Of a stretch of 48,600 nt of DNA, positions 46,822 through 48,600 are shown piece by piece (the stretch's first letter is position 1; each line of letters opens with the position of its first letter). Where the stretch lies: NCBI GenBank assembly GCA_003518105.1, contig DOZH01000012.1:1-48600 (forward strand), given 5' to 3'. The position numbers and the translations under genes were made by a program. The notes under the pieces are model-generated. The model did no database searches, was not told where the DNA came from, and saw only the letters and a program-made list of their open reading frames with translations. Source of the stretch: Candidatus Uhrbacteria bacterium (lineage in GTDB: Bacteria > Patescibacteriota > Patescibacteriia > UBA9934).

Positions 46822-47055
46822 GTTGTCGACGAGGTGAGAGGCGAGGCCAAATCCCTCAGATCCTGTTCAACACGCAAAGTGCGAGACTCGGCGCTCGCAA
46901 CCGCCGCATCTCCTGCTCCTAGCTCAAGGCCTCAGCCCAGAAATGCTTAAAGGATGACTTGCTTAACGGAACAAATGCGCAAGTCAAGCATTTCTCGGGT
47001 CGGCCATCGCGTCGTCACAGGAGACACGGTAGTCGCTCGCTTGTTACAAATGTGA

Positions 47056-47622
47056 TCAGCTCACTGCGTCATGCCGAAAGCAATCCGTAGTGTGGTCGTT
47101 AATGAGGCCGGTGGCTTGGAGGTGGGCGTAGATGACGGTCGAGCCTAAGAAGGAAAAGCCGCGAGCTTTGAGGTCCTTAGCGACGGCGTCGGAGAGTTCT
47201 GACCGAGCCGGCAGGTTGGCTACGACGTCGACGCGATGATCGATAGTCTGGTTGTCGACGAAGGCCCAGAGGTAGTTGCAGAAAGAGCCGAACTCGGCCT
47301 GGATGGCCAGAAAGGTGCGGGCGTTGCCAATGGCGGCTTTGATTTTGGCGCGATTGCGGATGATGCCGGGGTCGAGCAATAAGCGTTCGAGGTCCGCGTC
47401 AGTGAAGAGGGCAACGGCGGCTGGGTCGAAGTTAGCGAAGAGGCGGCGGTAGTTGGCGCGTTTGTGGAGAACGGTCTTCCAGCTGAGGCCGGCTTGGGCG
47501 CTTTCGAGGAGGAGAAATTCGAACATGACGGCGTCGTCATGAACAGGCACGCCCCATTCGGTGTCGTGGTAGGCGACGTAGAAGGGGTCATTGAGGGGAA
47601 CCCAGGCACAGCGAGAAGGCAT
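47056..47622 (-). CDS. tag: DNA-3-methyladenine glycosylase I
   Basis: RCAW, YHDTEWG.P, LESAQAGLSW, IIRNRAKI, NDH..CF. Confidence 0.97.
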   Translation of the reverse strand: MPSRCAWVPLNDPFYVAYHDTEWGVPVHDDAVMFEFLLLESAQAGLSWKTVLHKRANYRRLFANFDPAAVALFTDADLERLLLDPGIIRNRAKIKAAIGNARTFLAIQAEFGSFCNYLWAFVDNQTIDHRVDVVANLPARSELSDAVAKDLKARGFSFLGSTVIYAHLQATGLINDHTTDCFRHDAVS

Positions 47623-47712
47623 ATGCGTCGATGATAGCATAAAAGCGAGAACGACCTGCAGCCCACGGGAGGGTGCAAGTCGTTCGAGAGGATGACTAGA
47701 GGTTGAGGCGAA

Positions 47713-48126
47713 CTAGCGCCGTTTTGCCAGCGTAACTACGGCCGTATCGATAGCTCGTGCAAAGGCTTCCGGCGACGTCATCTGCTCACCGAAGGCGATG
47801 ATGCCACTACGGCTACCGAGTAACCGGTTTGGTACGTTGGTGATGACGAGTTGATGCTCATCGGCCACCTGTAGCACCTCATCAACCATAGAGACAGCAC
47901 TCTGTGCTTCTGCCGAGGTCCGTGTTGGGAGCCACAGTACAACCAGCAGATCAGAGTCGAGAGGGCGTCCCTGCCCTGCCCTCGGCATACCACGGGAGAG
48001 TTTGCCAGGCTCCAAATGCTGACGAACCTGGTAGGTCCAACGCAACTGCTGGTTGCGCTTATGAAGATCGTCCATCATGCGCAGTGTGTCTGGGCCCAAA
48101 AATAGAACGAATACATTTTGTGACAT
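47713..48126 (-). CDS. Orphan hypothetical protein
   Basis: Promoter TTGACA-18-TAGTAT (48184-48213), GAGGTG SD before ATG 48126, hairpin 47645-47686. Confidence 0.75.
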   Translation of the reverse strand: MSQNVFVLFLGPDTLRMMDDLHKRNQQLRWTYQVRQHLEPGKLSRGMPRAGQGRPLDSDLLVVLWLPTRTSAEAQSAVSMVDEVLQVADEHQLVITNVPNRLLGSRSGIIAFGEQMTSPEAFARAIDTAVVTLAKRR

Positions 48127-48215
48127 GGTCACCTCGGGGGTTGGGGTGTGACCAGCTCAGCTGGCCGTTGAGTTGTCGTCGACATACTAGCCTGATGTTA
48201 GCTAAAATGTCAAAC

Positions 48216-48254
48216 AAAAAGCCCCCGCTGGCCGGAATGGCCGCGAGGGTTTTT
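48216..48254 (-). terminator. Terminator downstream of 16S rRNA
   Basis: Minus strand accctcgcggcca ttccg gccagcgggggc followed by T5. Confidence 0.75.
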
Positions 48255-48357
48255 GCTACTGAAATAAACCAGTGAAGAATTGACAACTTTGTGATTACAA
48301 CGTCCGTTACCAACAATCTTGCGAAAGTTGGCCTCGACCTTAAAGGGTCTATCCCTA

Positions 48358-48600
<243 letters not shown>

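Overview
Bacterial chromosome window that looks like Patescibacteria/CPR. This is inferred from the 16S signatures, the unlinked 16S gene, compact genes lacking a Shine-Dalgarno (SD) and the gene content. The housekeeping backbone is nusB, rpmF, gyrA, rpsA, ftsH, a pilB-like ATPase, rsmE, tsaE, tsaD, sod, clpP, sufB-D-S-U-C, rnhB, tag, four tRNAs (Glu, Ile, Phe, Pro) and the 3' end of a 16S rRNA followed directly by a terminator. Four toxin-antitoxin modules and an accessory patch (about 9.0-13.8 kb) are present. No integrase, transposase, CRISPR array or prophage is visible. The unexplained structure is mostly small-scale: (1) several families of short palindromes inside coding sequences (sod, tsaE, sufU/sufS and two unrelated membrane proteins that share a 44-bp block); (2) nine orphan single-gene units with canonical -35/-10, SD and own terminator, among native genes that look nearly leaderless; (3) a tRNA-downstream element seen as filled, empty and partial copies whose end mimics the T-arm of the neighbouring tRNA; (4) a promoter- and terminator-bounded rod-shaped ncRNA candidate; (5) two small ORFs missed by the ORF track. 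All alignments and counts were done by eye.
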